From a virus (lineage: Duplodnaviria > Caudoviricetes): DNA of 42,550 nucleotides. Both the position numbers and the translations under genes were made by a program. The stretch lies in the IMG/VR virus record IMGVR_UViG_3300033509_000070, positions 1 through 42,550 of that record; one strand, 5' to 3'. Each line of letters begins with the position of its first letter. Position 1 is the stretch's first letter. Shown here piece by piece: positions 15,332 through 25,304 of this stretch. A model generated the notes under the pieces. The model ran no database searches. It saw only the letters and a program-made list of their open reading frames with translations, and was not told the DNA's origin.

Positions 15332-16759
15332 ATGACAAATAAGAGAAATAGAACATCAAAAGTAAATAATGTTTCAGAAGTAATAGAATACACTAAGGCT
15401 GACGGAACTACTGCAAAAGAATTAGGAGTACCTGGTCTTTCTATAAGTTTAGGAAAAGTAAAAGAAGATACTCTTGCTATATTGCGTGGTCCTAAGAAGA
15501 TAAAATTACTTGAAGAAATGTTTAGATATGACCCAATGATTGGCGCATTTAATACTATGCTTCAATCTCAAGTTCTATCAGTAGAATGGTCAGTACAAGC
15601 ATCTGATGAAAAAAATACAGAATCAGTAGATATAAAAGATTTTATAAATCAAGTATTATTTAAAGATTTATCCGAAGGAACATTTGATGATTTAGTACTA
15701 AATGCTATGACTAAATCTGGATATGGTTTTGCTATATTGGAACCAGTATATAAAAAAAGAGATGGATTTAAAAGAGATAGAAACAAATCATCCATTTATA
15801 AAGATGGAAAAATTGGAATATCTAAATTTGCTCCAAGATATCAGGGTTCTATAACTAAATTTAATTATGACCCAGAATTTAGAAATATACTTACTATAAC
15901 TCAAAGAAATCCAAATACGTATGGAGATATAGAAATTCCATATGATAAAGTTTTACATTTTAAACATAATAGTGTAAATAATAATCCAGAAGGAACTAGT
16001 TTATATATAAACTGTGTAGTTCCTTATAATAGAAAGAAAAATACATCATTAAGTGAAGACCAAAGATATGATAAAGGTTTTGCTGGTATTTTAAGATTAA
16101 CATTACCTAGTGCAGTATTGGACCCAAATACAACTAATGCTATGTTTAAAGAAACAGTAGCTTGGGCTAAAGAAACTGGTCAAAATATAAGCGCAGGAAG
16201 AAGTCAATCTATTATTGCCCCAGAATATGTTAAGACAGAAATTTTAACATCTGGAAATGATAACTCTGATGCAGATAAAATAATTGAAAGATGCAATAGA
16301 GAAATAGCAGTAGCTTTACTCTCTGACTTCTTTTTAATTACTCAAAAATCTGGTAATTCTGGAGCATTGGGTCAATCTAAAATAAAAGTATTTAAAACTT
16401 TAATTAACTCAATGTTAGATGAAGTAGCTAATGAATTAAATATGAAACTTATACCATCTTTGATGGATAAAAATAGTTTGAATAGAGAATTAGCCCCAAT
16501 AGTTAAGCATACAGAAATAGAAGATTTAGATTTAACTAATTTAATGTTATTTATTCAAAGCGCAGATAAGAGCGGACTTATTGCGCCAGACGTAGAAACA
16601 TCTAACTTTATTAAAAGGAAAGTAATGGGTAAAGATGTTCCTATGACAGATAAAGAAACTTTTGACAAGTATCAAAATAGAAGAGAAACGATTACAAACG
16701 ACTCTTTAGATAAACCTAACGCATCAACACTTAAAGAATTAGACGAAAGTGATAAGTAG
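15332..16759 (+). CDS. Portal protein (DUF935/Mu gp29-like)
   Basis: Follows TerL; 475 aa; GYGFAILEPVY, NPEGTSL, GNSGALG. Confidence 0.9.
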   Translation: MTNKRNRTSKVNNVSEVIEYTKADGTTAKELGVPGLSISLGKVKEDTLAILRGPKKIKLLEEMFRYDPMIGAFNTMLQSQVLSVEWSVQASDEKNTESVDIKDFINQVLFKDLSEGTFDDLVLNAMTKSGYGFAILEPVYKKRDGFKRDRNKSSIYKDGKIGISKFAPRYQGSITKFNYDPEFRNILTITQRNPNTYGDIEIPYDKVLHFKHNSVNNNPEGTSLYINCVVPYNRKKNTSLSEDQRYDKGFAGILRLTLPSAVLDPNTTNAMFKETVAWAKETGQNISAGRSQSIIAPEYVKTEILTSGNDNSDADKIIERCNREIAVALLSDFFLITQKSGNSGALGQSKIKVFKTLINSMLDEVANELNMKLIPSLMDKNSLNRELAPIVKHTEIEDLDLTNLMLFIQSADKSGLIAPDVETSNFIKRKVMGKDVPMTDKETFDKYQNRRETITNDSLDKPNASTLKELDESDK

Positions 16760-16768
16760 GAATAAAAG

Positions 16769-17407
16769 TTGAAAAAAAATATCTCTAATATTCAAATATT
16801 AAAATCAAAAAATAATAATGAAGATAACTTTGTATATGCAACTATATATGAACAGAATTTATGGACTCATAAAACTACTGGAGAAAAATTTACTATATGT
16901 AAGGGTTGCAATTCTAAACATATAATAAAAAATCTACAAGATGGATACTGTCCAGTTTGCGAAACTCCATTAGGAGATTTTCATGGAGACCTAATGTCAG
17001 CAGAAGCTGTTGAAAAAGGTTGCTGGTCATATCTTAAAAACATAAGCGATAAAGCTATATTGGCTACAAAAACATTATCTATAATTCAAGATATTATTGA
17101 TGGTGAATCTGATGTAGATATAACATCAATAGTTAGTGAATTAGCAAAAAATAAATATCATGTTGGATTTTCGCACTCTATATTCAATGAAGACATAGGA
17201 TATCCAGCAGAAATGCACAATGTTCGTGAAGAATTTGAAGCATTTGGAGATATTTATGAAAAAGTTACTTGGAAGGGTGGCTTTGTAGTTTGTGATAGTA
17301 TCTTTCAAAAATGTAAAGAAGGAGAGATAGTCGGATTTAGTTTCGGTGGAAATGGTACCTTTTCTCCTCTATTAATGAATAATAATGAGGTAGAAGATGA
17401 AGAATAG
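16769..17407 (+). CDS. XkdF-like prohead serine protease with zinc-ribbon insertion
   Basis: DFHGDLMSAEAVEK and GEIVGFSFGGNG; CKGC/CPVC insert. Confidence 0.8.
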   Translation: MKKNISNIQILKSKNNNEDNFVYATIYEQNLWTHKTTGEKFTICKGCNSKHIIKNLQDGYCPVCETPLGDFHGDLMSAEAVEKGCWSYLKNISDKAILATKTLSIIQDIIDGESDVDITSIVSELAKNKYHVGFSHSIFNEDIGYPAEMHNVREEFEAFGDIYEKVTWKGGFVVCDSIFQKCKEGEIVGFSFGGNGTFSPLLMNNNEVEDEE

Positions 17408-18668
17408 ACCACTAAATGAGATTAAAAGACTTAATAAGGTTACTGAGGTAAGTTTATGTACCCAATATAACCCACCAGCTAACGGTTTTAGGACTTTTGA
17501 TATTATTAAAAATTCAATAAATAAAGATATGTATTCTGATTTATTTGAAGAAATGAAGATGCCAGAATATGGAGAGTTTTCTTCATATCTTGAACAATGG
17601 TTAGAGGAAGATGTAAATAGAGTAGCTTATGGAGCTTTTCTAGATGCACTATTTAATAGTTTACAAGACGTAGTTTATGATTCTACATTGGATAAGCAAG
17701 GTAAATTAGATAAATTTAAAGAAAACTTTGATAGTTTTATTACAGAATATCAAAACTCTGTAATTACTAAATCTGAGAATGGTGATATTAAGTTAGACTT
17801 AAATAAAAAGAGTACAATTAAACAGGAGAAAAAAGTGGATATCTTAGAAGAATTGAAAAAACTTATCGCTAAAGCTTCTACAAAACAAGAAATTGTTACA
17901 GAAGTTGTTGACGAAAAAGTAAAGAAGACTGAGGAAGTCGAAGAAGTTGTTGAAGAAATAATTGAAAACCAGGAGACTGTTGAACAAGAAACTCCAGAAG
18001 TTGAGGCACAAGAGCCTGTAGCTGAAACAGAAGAAGTTGTTGAAGAGTCAGAAGAACCTACACAAGAAGTTGAAGAACCAATTGTTGAAAGTGAAGAAGT
18101 TATTGAAGAAACAGAAGTTGAAACAGTAGAAGAAGATGCAGAAGTTCTAGAGCCAGAAGTTCAAGCAGAAACAGAAGTTGTTGAAGAACTTGAAAAGAGT
18201 GAAGATAAAATCGAAGAGATTGTTAAAGCTAAAGAAGACAAAATTGTTGAGCTAGAAAAACAACTTGAAGATTTTAAAAAGACTCAAGCTGACCAAACAG
18301 TTAAATTGGAAAAAGCTGAATTGAGTAAAGAAATTGAAAAATCATACTTAGGTCTTCCAAAGACTAGAGATGAAATAGTAGATACTATTTATGAAATCAA
18401 TAAAGCTAGTATTTCAGAGGATAGCAAATCATTTATTTTAGAATCTCTAAAATCTTTATCGTCTTTAAATAAAAAAGATTGTCAAGAAGTTGGACATTCA
18501 GAAGAAGTAGATGTTAATAAATCATCTGAAGAAATTCTTTCTGATAAAATCAAGAAGACTATGCAAGACCATGACATCTTAGAAGAACAAGCATTATTGG
18601 TTGTAACTGAGGGTAGAAGTATTGCAAAGGCTAAAGAAGTTACAGAAATGGTTAGAAAGAGAAAATAG
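17397..18668 (+). CDS. Capsid scaffolding protein
   Basis: N-terminal EVSLC..PPAN motif, long E/V-rich tract and coiled coil; position before decoration and MCP genes. Confidence 0.8.
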   Translation: MKNRPLNEIKRLNKVTEVSLCTQYNPPANGFRTFDIIKNSINKDMYSDLFEEMKMPEYGEFSSYLEQWLEEDVNRVAYGAFLDALFNSLQDVVYDSTLDKQGKLDKFKENFDSFITEYQNSVITKSENGDIKLDLNKKSTIKQEKKVDILEELKKLIAKASTKQEIVTEVVDEKVKKTEEVEEVVEEIIENQETVEQETPEVEAQEPVAETEEVVEESEEPTQEVEEPIVESEEVIEETEVETVEEDAEVLEPEVQAETEVVEELEKSEDKIEEIVKAKEDKIVELEKQLEDFKKTQADQTVKLEKAELSKEIEKSYLGLPKTRDEIVDTIYEINKASISEDSKSFILESLKSLSSLNKKDCQEVGHSEEVDVNKSSEEILSDKIKKTMQDHDILEEQALLVVTEGRSIAKAKEVTEMVRKRK

Positions 18669-18702
18669 GTAATATAAATATAATTTATAAGGAGTTATAC
18701 AA

Positions 18703-19053
18703 ATGGCATACACTTATGTTGCTGGCGCAGACTTTACTGGAAAGCAAGGTTTCGCTGTTAAAGCAGATTCAGACAATAGAGAAGTAGCATTGGCTACAGC
18801 TAACTCAGTAAACGTAGGTATCTTAGTTGATACTAACACAGAAGGAAAAGCTGTTGTTGTTGCTGAAGAAGGCGAAAGAGTATTAGCAAAACTAGGCGGA
18901 GCAGTTACTTTTGGAGATAAATTGAAATCAGACTCAGCAGGAAAACTAGTTGTTGCTGGTGGAACTGGTGATGACAATGTTATCGCAGAAGCAAAAGAAG
19001 ACGGTTCAACAAATGACCTAATCTATGTAGTAGTAGGTAAGTTCGTTAAATAG
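18703..19053 (+). CDS. Head decoration/cement protein (DUF2190-like)
   Basis: GGAVTFGDKLKSDSAGK; located before MCP; TAAGGAG RBS. Confidence 0.8.
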   Translation: MAYTYVAGADFTGKQGFAVKADSDNREVALATANSVNVGILVDTNTEGKAVVVAEEGERVLAKLGGAVTFGDKLKSDSAGKLVVAGGTGDDNVIAEAKEDGSTNDLIYVVVGKFVK

Positions 19054-19098
19054 TTTTAAGTAATTATTAAAGTAATAAAATATTAAGGAGATACAAAT

Positions 19099-20052
19099 AT
19101 GGCATTAGACCACTTAGAAGCGACTTTTAATGAAGTGCTTACAAAACGTGCAATTGGATTATTGCAAGATAGAGCTGATTTCGCTGTTATTAATGGCGCA
19201 GTTCCAATGATTCCTACTGACAAAATCAGTGGAACATTCAAAGCTTGGAAAGCTGAAGATTTCAGACGTAGAAATTCTGAACTTAGAGGCGATACAGCTA
19301 AATTCAAAAGAGTTAATACTCATTTGAAAGATATTTCTTATACCTGTGAAGAAATGGGTTATGAAGAAATGATTGGTGATAGAAATAGAGTTGAAGGACA
19401 AGTAGAAGACCTTTCTGCTAAAATGGCTGAAGATGCATATGCAACATTCGATATTAAATTGGTTGATTTGCTTGTAACTGGCGCATTTGGTGCAGAATAT
19501 ACTGGACACGCTACAACTCCTGATGCAACTCACTTTATTCAATGGTCTGAAGCGACTAGTACACCTATCGCTGATATCAAAAAATATAAAGCAGTTGTTA
19601 AGGCAAAAATTGGTGTTAATCCTGATTCATTGTTGCTTTCAGAAGATGTATTTATTGCATTGACTGAGAATGCTCAAATCTTGGCTCGTCTAAGAAATGA
19701 TGCTGACAAAGAAGTTACAGCTCAAACATTGGCTAAATTCTTCGGATTGAAAAATATCTATGTAATGGCTGGTGCAGAAACTACTTCTAATCAAGGTCAA
19801 GCAACTCAAACAATCGCTAATATCGCAAGCGATATCGCATTGTTGTATTACAAAGGTAATACAGTAGGTCCTGTAACACCATCAACTTTGAAATGTTACT
19901 ATAATACAAAAGAATCTGGTCCAAACGGTGTTTCGATTCTTGATTATAGAGACCCATCAATCAAAGCTGACATTCTTCAATTGGTTCAAGATTTCACAAT
20001 CGTTATCCAAATGAAAGAGGGCGGAGTTCTTTTACTAGACGTTTTAAAATAG
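19099..20052 (+). CDS. Major capsid protein (HK97 fold)
   Basis: 317 aa; WSEATSTPIADI and GVNPDSLLLS; strong RBS; high-expression codons. Confidence 0.9.
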   Translation: MALDHLEATFNEVLTKRAIGLLQDRADFAVINGAVPMIPTDKISGTFKAWKAEDFRRRNSELRGDTAKFKRVNTHLKDISYTCEEMGYEEMIGDRNRVEGQVEDLSAKMAEDAYATFDIKLVDLLVTGAFGAEYTGHATTPDATHFIQWSEATSTPIADIKKYKAVVKAKIGVNPDSLLLSEDVFIALTENAQILARLRNDADKEVTAQTLAKFFGLKNIYVMAGAETTSNQGQATQTIANIASDIALLYYKGNTVGPVTPSTLKCYYNTKESGPNGVSILDYRDPSIKADILQLVQDFTIVIQMKEGGVLLLDVLK

Positions 20053-20068
20053 TCTAGTCTTTATATCT

Positions 20069-20113
20069 AATTTATTGAGTAGATTAATTTCTACTCAATA
20101 AATTTTATTTTTT
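20069..20113 (+). terminator. Intrinsic terminator after MCP
   Basis: 15-bp stem AATTTATTGAGTAGA/TCTACTCAATAAATT with a T-rich tail. Confidence 0.85.
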
Positions 20114-20134
20114 ATACACTTTAAGGAGAATATT

Positions 20135-20662
20135 ATGGAAGAGATTTTAATTCCTATGGAAGTAAAATATCATATTGAAAGTATCGAATTTTCTGGAGTA
20201 AAAGAATATCAAATTGGAGATATTTATTACTATAATCCAGATAGATATATAGATATGGAATTAAGTGATAGTGGATTTTTTAATCCAATAAATAGTTCAA
20301 AATGTAATTTTTATTGTAATACTACTGAATTAGATTTTAATGGTAATACATATGAATATGGAGAACTATTAGATATTGAAAATGTAGCAGAAGATGCTTT
20401 AGACAACTTATGCTTTATTGGATATATAAAAAAGAAATTAAAAGAAAATAATAAAGAAGTTAAAAAAGAAATAAAAAAGACTTCTATTAAAAATAAAAAA
20501 AGAAAAGCAAAAACATTTAAATATTCTGATGTTGCAAAACAATTAGGTATTGCTTTTAAAGATTTAAAAAATAAAGCATCTAGTCTTGGTCTTGAAATAG
20601 ATAAAGCTAATGATAAAATATCAAAAACAAAAATGAATAAGATTTTAGAGGCGTGTAAATAG
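20135..20662 (+). CDS. Hypothetical protein with C-terminal HTH (IF2-N-like)
   Basis: KYSDVAKQLGIAFKDL follows a Lys-rich linker. Confidence 0.6.
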   Translation: MEEILIPMEVKYHIESIEFSGVKEYQIGDIYYYNPDRYIDMELSDSGFFNPINSSKCNFYCNTTELDFNGNTYEYGELLDIENVAEDALDNLCFIGYIKKKLKENNKEVKKEIKKTSIKNKKRKAKTFKYSDVAKQLGIAFKDLKNKASSLGLEIDKANDKISKTKMNKILEACK

Positions 20663-21117
20663 TGGCTATTGATTATACTTCAGATATAGGGATGATAAGA
20701 TTAACCATCGGTGATTTAGATGAGGATAATCTTCATTTTTCAAACGAACAATTAAGAGCTTATATGACCATGACAGGAAATATAGTTTTAGCATCCATAT
20801 ACGCTTGTAGAGCTTGGGCTTCTGAGTTATCATCAACATCTGGAGATATATATAGAGTAGATACTATTGAATATCAAGAAGGTAAATCTAAAGTTGGACA
20901 ATTAATGAGTATATTAAAGTCATTAGAAGATTCAATTGCTAATGGCACCAATCCGATGTTAATAGGTGTTCCATATACTACTGGTATAAAAGTATCAGAT
21001 AGAGATGAAAACTTAAATAGAATCGATTCTGGAGAGATAGTAGGACCACAATCTAAGGATGACTCTTATGAGTATATTGATTTAGATAATCAAAACGGTC
21101 CATATTACGAAGGATAA
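20662..21117 (+). CDS. Head-tail adaptor
   Basis: IRLTIGDLD...FSNEQL motif; synteny. Confidence 0.7.
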   Translation: MAIDYTSDIGMIRLTIGDLDEDNLHFSNEQLRAYMTMTGNIVLASIYACRAWASELSSTSGDIYRVDTIEYQEGKSKVGQLMSILKSLEDSIANGTNPMLIGVPYTTGIKVSDRDENLNRIDSGEIVGPQSKDDSYEYIDLDNQNGPYYEG

Positions 21118-21121
21118 CTAA

Positions 21122-21796
21122 ATGGCTCAAATAACTATAATACATAAGAAGCAAGGAATGAAGTCTCTAATTAAAAAATTAGTTGAACTTCAACATTTTA
21201 ATGTAACAGTAGGTATTCATAGTGGATTTGGGCGCAAATTAGTATTCGGAGCAGATGGAAAAAAGAAAAAAATAAATATAGCTACTTTAGCAAAAGCTTT
21301 AGAAACATATGCTTCTTGGGAGCAATCTAAAACAGTAAGAATACCAAATAAAGATGGTGAAACTTGGTCTATATTAAAAGCTGGAAAAAGATATGTTAGA
21401 TATGGTCGTGCATTTATAACTATTTTAACAGAAAACTCTACAATATTAAATAATTTTAGAGCATTTTTAGAAAAGCAAACTAGAACTTTTATAGGTACAA
21501 AATCATATAGTCCTAGATTTTATATGGATTTAATAGGTTCAGTAGCAGAAGATACTCAAAGATTTGCACTACAAAATGGTAGAGCAGTTGGTAACGCAGA
21601 TAATAGTCCTTTTACTATAAGAGTAAAGGGTAAAAATACACCACTACAAGATACATCTAGCGTTTTATCTCCAGCAATATCTCATAAATTAAATAATGAT
21701 AGAAATAAATTATCTAAATTTCATAAAGACGTTTTAACTATAAAGGATTCTATGATAGTAGATAAACTTATAGCAGATGTAAATAGAAAAAAATAG
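21122..21796 (+). CDS. Neck/tail completion protein
   Basis: VTVGIH and NSPFTIRVKGKNTPLQDT motifs. Confidence 0.7.
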   Translation: MAQITIIHKKQGMKSLIKKLVELQHFNVTVGIHSGFGRKLVFGADGKKKKINIATLAKALETYASWEQSKTVRIPNKDGETWSILKAGKRYVRYGRAFITILTENSTILNNFRAFLEKQTRTFIGTKSYSPRFYMDLIGSVAEDTQRFALQNGRAVGNADNSPFTIRVKGKNTPLQDTSSVLSPAISHKLNNDRNKLSKFHKDVLTIKDSMIVDKLIADVNRKK

Positions 21797-21805
21797 ATTA
21801 TTCTA

Positions 21806-21842
21806 TTGTAACAATTGACAAAAAATACTATAATTATTTTAG
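21806..21842 (+). promoter_or_regulatory. Internal late promoter
   Basis: TTGTAA 21806-11, 17-nt spacer, ACTATAATTATTTTAG. Confidence 0.7.
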
Positions 21843-21855
21843 GATGATAATATAA

Positions 21856-22239
21856 ATGCCAAATTGGAAAAAATTTCAAAAAGTAGTAAAACAAATGATT
21901 GAAACTGATTTGGGTGGAGAGAGTTGTACAATAACTATACCAGCTACCATATCATACGATTATGATGATGGAGAAATTATATCTGGAGAAACAGAAACAA
22001 GTTTTAAATCAGCTTTGATAAAAACAAATAAAGATGATTTACAGGATATGCCAGAAGGTATTAAAGAAAAAGTACACAAAAAGATTTTTACGGTTAATCC
22101 TATAATAAAAGTAAATAAAATAAAATCAGATTTTGATGGAGTTGAATATAAGGTTATAGTACCTAGCGCAGCATATCAAGCTGGTGGATTAGTTCATGCA
22201 TATGTAACTTATCTTAGTAAAATAGAGGTTCAATCATGA
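21856..22239 (+). CDS. Head closure protein
   Basis: 127 aa; DLQDMPEG motif; synteny. Confidence 0.65.
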   Translation: MPNWKKFQKVVKQMIETDLGGESCTITIPATISYDYDDGEIISGETETSFKSALIKTNKDDLQDMPEGIKEKVHKKIFTVNPIIKVNKIKSDFDGVEYKVIVPSAAYQAGGLVHAYVTYLSKIEVQS

Positions 22240-22895
22240 ACATAAATTTAGTTAAAAAAGCTATATCTTCATATGTTTATGATTTATTAGTAACTAAATA
22301 TCCACAATATTTTGGGCTTCAAACATTTATTAATGAAGAAGGAACAACTATAAACTATCCAAATGTATATTGGGCTGGAACAGTTGTTTATAGACCAATA
22401 GATGCAACTGAATGTTTTTTAGATATAACTAAGGCTGAGTCATTAGTTTTTGGTATAGATGGAAAATTTTATAAAGGTACTGACGATAAATATTATATCG
22501 AAGAAGAAGAACCGATACTAATAACAGTCAATATAGCTGTTACATCAATGAAAAATACAAAACTAAACTTAAACGATTTTAAGGCTCAAAATCTTGTAAG
22601 CGAAGTTTCTGCATATATAAGAAATAGACTAAAGTCTGGCTCGGCATTAGAATATTTTGGGTATGATAATACTATTTATACCCCAATACAAGTTCTATCA
22701 TCTGTTGGTGATATGACTGAAGTAGAGGATGTAAGTTATTTTGAGGAAACTCAAAATAGATTTACTGGACAATTTAGTTGTAAGTTTAGATACTCTGAAA
22801 AAGGCTCTAGAGAAGCTAAAGTAGCAACTAATGTGAATGTTAATTTAACCGAATTAACATCAAATACAGTCATCGACTTTAATGTTGATGAATAA
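22236..22895 (+). CDS. Tail terminator/neck protein
   Basis: Immediately precedes the sheath gene; ATGA overlap. Confidence 0.6.
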   Translation: MNINLVKKAISSYVYDLLVTKYPQYFGLQTFINEEGTTINYPNVYWAGTVVYRPIDATECFLDITKAESLVFGIDGKFYKGTDDKYYIEEEEPILITVNIAVTSMKNTKLNLNDFKAQNLVSEVSAYIRNRLKSGSALEYFGYDNTIYTPIQVLSSVGDMTEVEDVSYFEETQNRFTGQFSCKFRYSEKGSREAKVATNVNVNLTELTSNTVIDFNVDE

Positions 22896-22930
22896 AAATT
22901 AAATTAGATAACAAATAGGAGGTAGCTTAG

Positions 22931-24049
22931 ATGAGCACCGATATAGATAATATTATTATAGTTAATGAAACTGAAATAATTACAACAAGTATTGATGGTT
23001 ATTTCAAAAATATTGCTATTATATCAGAATTTGAAAATGCTGCTTTATTAGACAGTCATGTATTTTCAACTGATGGATATGAAGAGTTTACTACTTTAGC
23101 TGGAATAGCTGAAGTATTCCCTACAACTCACGAAGTTTATAAAATAGCAAAGAAATTATTCGCTCAAAAAACTAATACTGGTGTAAATAAATCAGCTATG
23201 CAAAAATTAGCTGTTTTACAAATAAAATCAACAGATTCCAGCATAGAAGCTGGTTTAACAAGAATAGCATATGGAGATGCTTATCAATTTATTTTGGCTT
23301 CTGAGGATAAAGAAGATATATTAAGTGCTTCTGAATATTTCTTAGATAAAAGAAAAATATTGCATTGTCAAACTTCTGATGCAGATGTATTGACTGATAC
23401 TGCTGGTAATATAGCAGAAACATTGCATGATGGCTCATATAAAAGAACAGCATTATGGTTCCATGAAGCAGATGAATATAGTTTAGCTGGCGCTGTATCC
23501 GCAGTATTAGCTTGCGTAACGCCTGGTAAAAATAACGGTAAATACAATAAAGTATCTGGTATTACTATCGATACATTTGCTGATTCTCAAAAAGCAAAAT
23601 TAGATGGTAACTTTGTAAATTATTATACATATTTTATTGGACAAGCTGGCTCATATATGACTAGAAGCTTAATTGCTTCATCATTCTTGGCTGATGGTAC
23701 AAAAATACAGAAACAAATTATTCTAGATAGAATTATATTAAACCTACAATCTGCTGGTATGGATGCATTACAAATGCAAATAGGCTATGATGATAGAGGT
23801 GGAGCTATATTAGAAGGTAAATTATGTGCAGTTTTAAGACAACTTCAAAATGAAGAACTTATTAAAGCAGATAGTTTAGATGATGAAGGTAATAAATTGA
23901 CAGGACAAAAACTAAATGTTTTAACTGTAGCTCAAACAAAGAAAGACTATGCTTCATTATATGCAACACAAATATTTGTTGCTTCTGCTTTTGTTTATTT
24001 AGACTTAAATGCAGATGCTGTACAAATAAATCTAGGTTACGAAGTTTAA
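22931..24049 (+). CDS. Tail sheath protein (DUF3383-like)
   Basis: YKRTALWFH, KVSGITID, NYYT, IGYDDRG motifs. Confidence 0.85.
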   Translation: MSTDIDNIIIVNETEIITTSIDGYFKNIAIISEFENAALLDSHVFSTDGYEEFTTLAGIAEVFPTTHEVYKIAKKLFAQKTNTGVNKSAMQKLAVLQIKSTDSSIEAGLTRIAYGDAYQFILASEDKEDILSASEYFLDKRKILHCQTSDADVLTDTAGNIAETLHDGSYKRTALWFHEADEYSLAGAVSAVLACVTPGKNNGKYNKVSGITIDTFADSQKAKLDGNFVNYYTYFIGQAGSYMTRSLIASSFLADGTKIQKQIILDRIILNLQSAGMDALQMQIGYDDRGGAILEGKLCAVLRQLQNEELIKADSLDDEGNKLTGQKLNVLTVAQTKKDYASLYATQIFVASAFVYLDLNADAVQINLGYEV

Positions 24050-24076
24050 TAGTTAAATAAAATAAAGAGGTACAAT

Positions 24077-24475
24077 ATGTCTACAATCGACCCAAAATAT
24101 ATAGCAATATCTTACGATGGATATTCTATTGCACCAAAAGAATTTGGTGAAGCTGATATTGAGGTTAATACTGGTGGAGAAACTTCTGAGGTTAAAAAAG
24201 GAATATGTGGTGGTTCAATTACTGAAATCAAATATGATAAAGTAGATACACTTACATTTACTCTATTGCCAGATGCAGAAAATTCATTCAGATTAGAAGA
24301 ATATCATTCTATCGCAAAACAAGTAGAATGGATTATTAAAGATACTAATCCATCTAAACAAAGAAGTTGGACATCAAACGCAGGACAAGTTAAATCTTAT
24401 GATGCAGTACAATTGACTAAAGGTCAAGGTTATGCATTTACTGTAGAGTTTGAAGAAAATTTAAAAATCGGATAA
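24077..24475 (+). CDS. Tail tube protein (DUF3277-like)
   Basis: 132 aa after the sheath; MSTIDPK N-terminus. Confidence 0.8.
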   Translation: MSTIDPKYIAISYDGYSIAPKEFGEADIEVNTGGETSEVKKGICGGSITEIKYDKVDTLTFTLLPDAENSFRLEEYHSIAKQVEWIIKDTNPSKQRSWTSNAGQVKSYDAVQLTKGQGYAFTVEFEENLKIG

Positions 24476-24573
24476 TAAAAATATAATAATAGATTACTAA
24501 TTTAGAGGTGGGGTTATATGCGCTACCTCTAATATGTAATTGACACACAACACTTTAAAGGAGATAAATAATT

Positions 24574-25086
24574 ATGGGAATGCCAAAAACAGAGGTAAAA
24601 ATAGGTTCTGACAAATATAGTTTTTACTTAGTTCCAGCCAGAGAAGCATATTTAAAGATAGCTAAATATGGTGGAAACTTTTCAAAAATGGTTACATCTT
24701 TACTTCAGCATGATACCGATTCTTTTAATGAAATATTAGATAAATTATTAAATGAAGATGAAATAGTTGATTTATTTGAAACATTTATTGGAAAAAGAGA
24801 TTTATTTTGTAATGGTAATCTAATTAATAATTTAGATGAACACTTTGCAGGGCATGCCTCAGATATGTATAAATTATTGTTTAAGGCTATTGAGGCGAAT
24901 GACAAAGATTTTTTTACTTCCTTGCCTACGTTGATAGAGAATCTAGTAGGGAAGATAACAGAAAAACTACAAGCCAACTCATTGCCGAATCAAGACGAGA
25001 TAAGCAACGAACAGAACAAAGAGACGATAGAAGCTCTGAACAATCTGGCGAAGAAAGCAAAAGAGGGTCTTGGCTCGATAGTTTAG
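24574..25086 (+). CDS. Tail assembly chaperone (G-like)
   Basis: Between tube and TMP; LDEHFAG motif; slippery T7 at 24909-15. Confidence 0.8.
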   Translation: MGMPKTEVKIGSDKYSFYLVPAREAYLKIAKYGGNFSKMVTSLLQHDTDSFNEILDKLLNEDEIVDLFETFIGKRDLFCNGNLINNLDEHFAGHASDMYKLLFKAIEANDKDFFTSLPTLIENLVGKITEKLQANSLPNQDEISNEQNKETIEALNNLAKKAKEGLGSIV

Positions 25087-25283
25087 ATTATTTATCTAAT
25101 GAAGAGAAATTTTTTAAAGGTATTGTTACATTAATATCAAGACAATACCATAAGCAACCTTACGTAATAGAAGGTTGGACATTACCAGATATAACATTAA
25201 TTATGGCATCATTTTTTGAAGAATCTAAAGAAAATGAAAAAATGCAAAAAGAGTTTGAAGCAAGTATGGCTCATAACGAATAA
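24574..25283 (+). CDS. Tail assembly chaperone -1 frameshift product (GT-like, about 236 aa)
   Basis: GAT TTT TTT ACT. The -1 frame is open 24915-25283 (YFLAYVDRE...GWTLPDITLIMA...HNE) and ends just before the TMP. Confidence 0.8.
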
Positions 25284-25304
25284 TATTAGAGAGAGTTTTT
25301 ATAA

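Noticed and set aside
17890-18190. GAAGAAGTT/ACAGAAGTTG nucleotide repeats
   Set aside because: They reflect the E/V/T-rich scaffold linker rather than an independent element.
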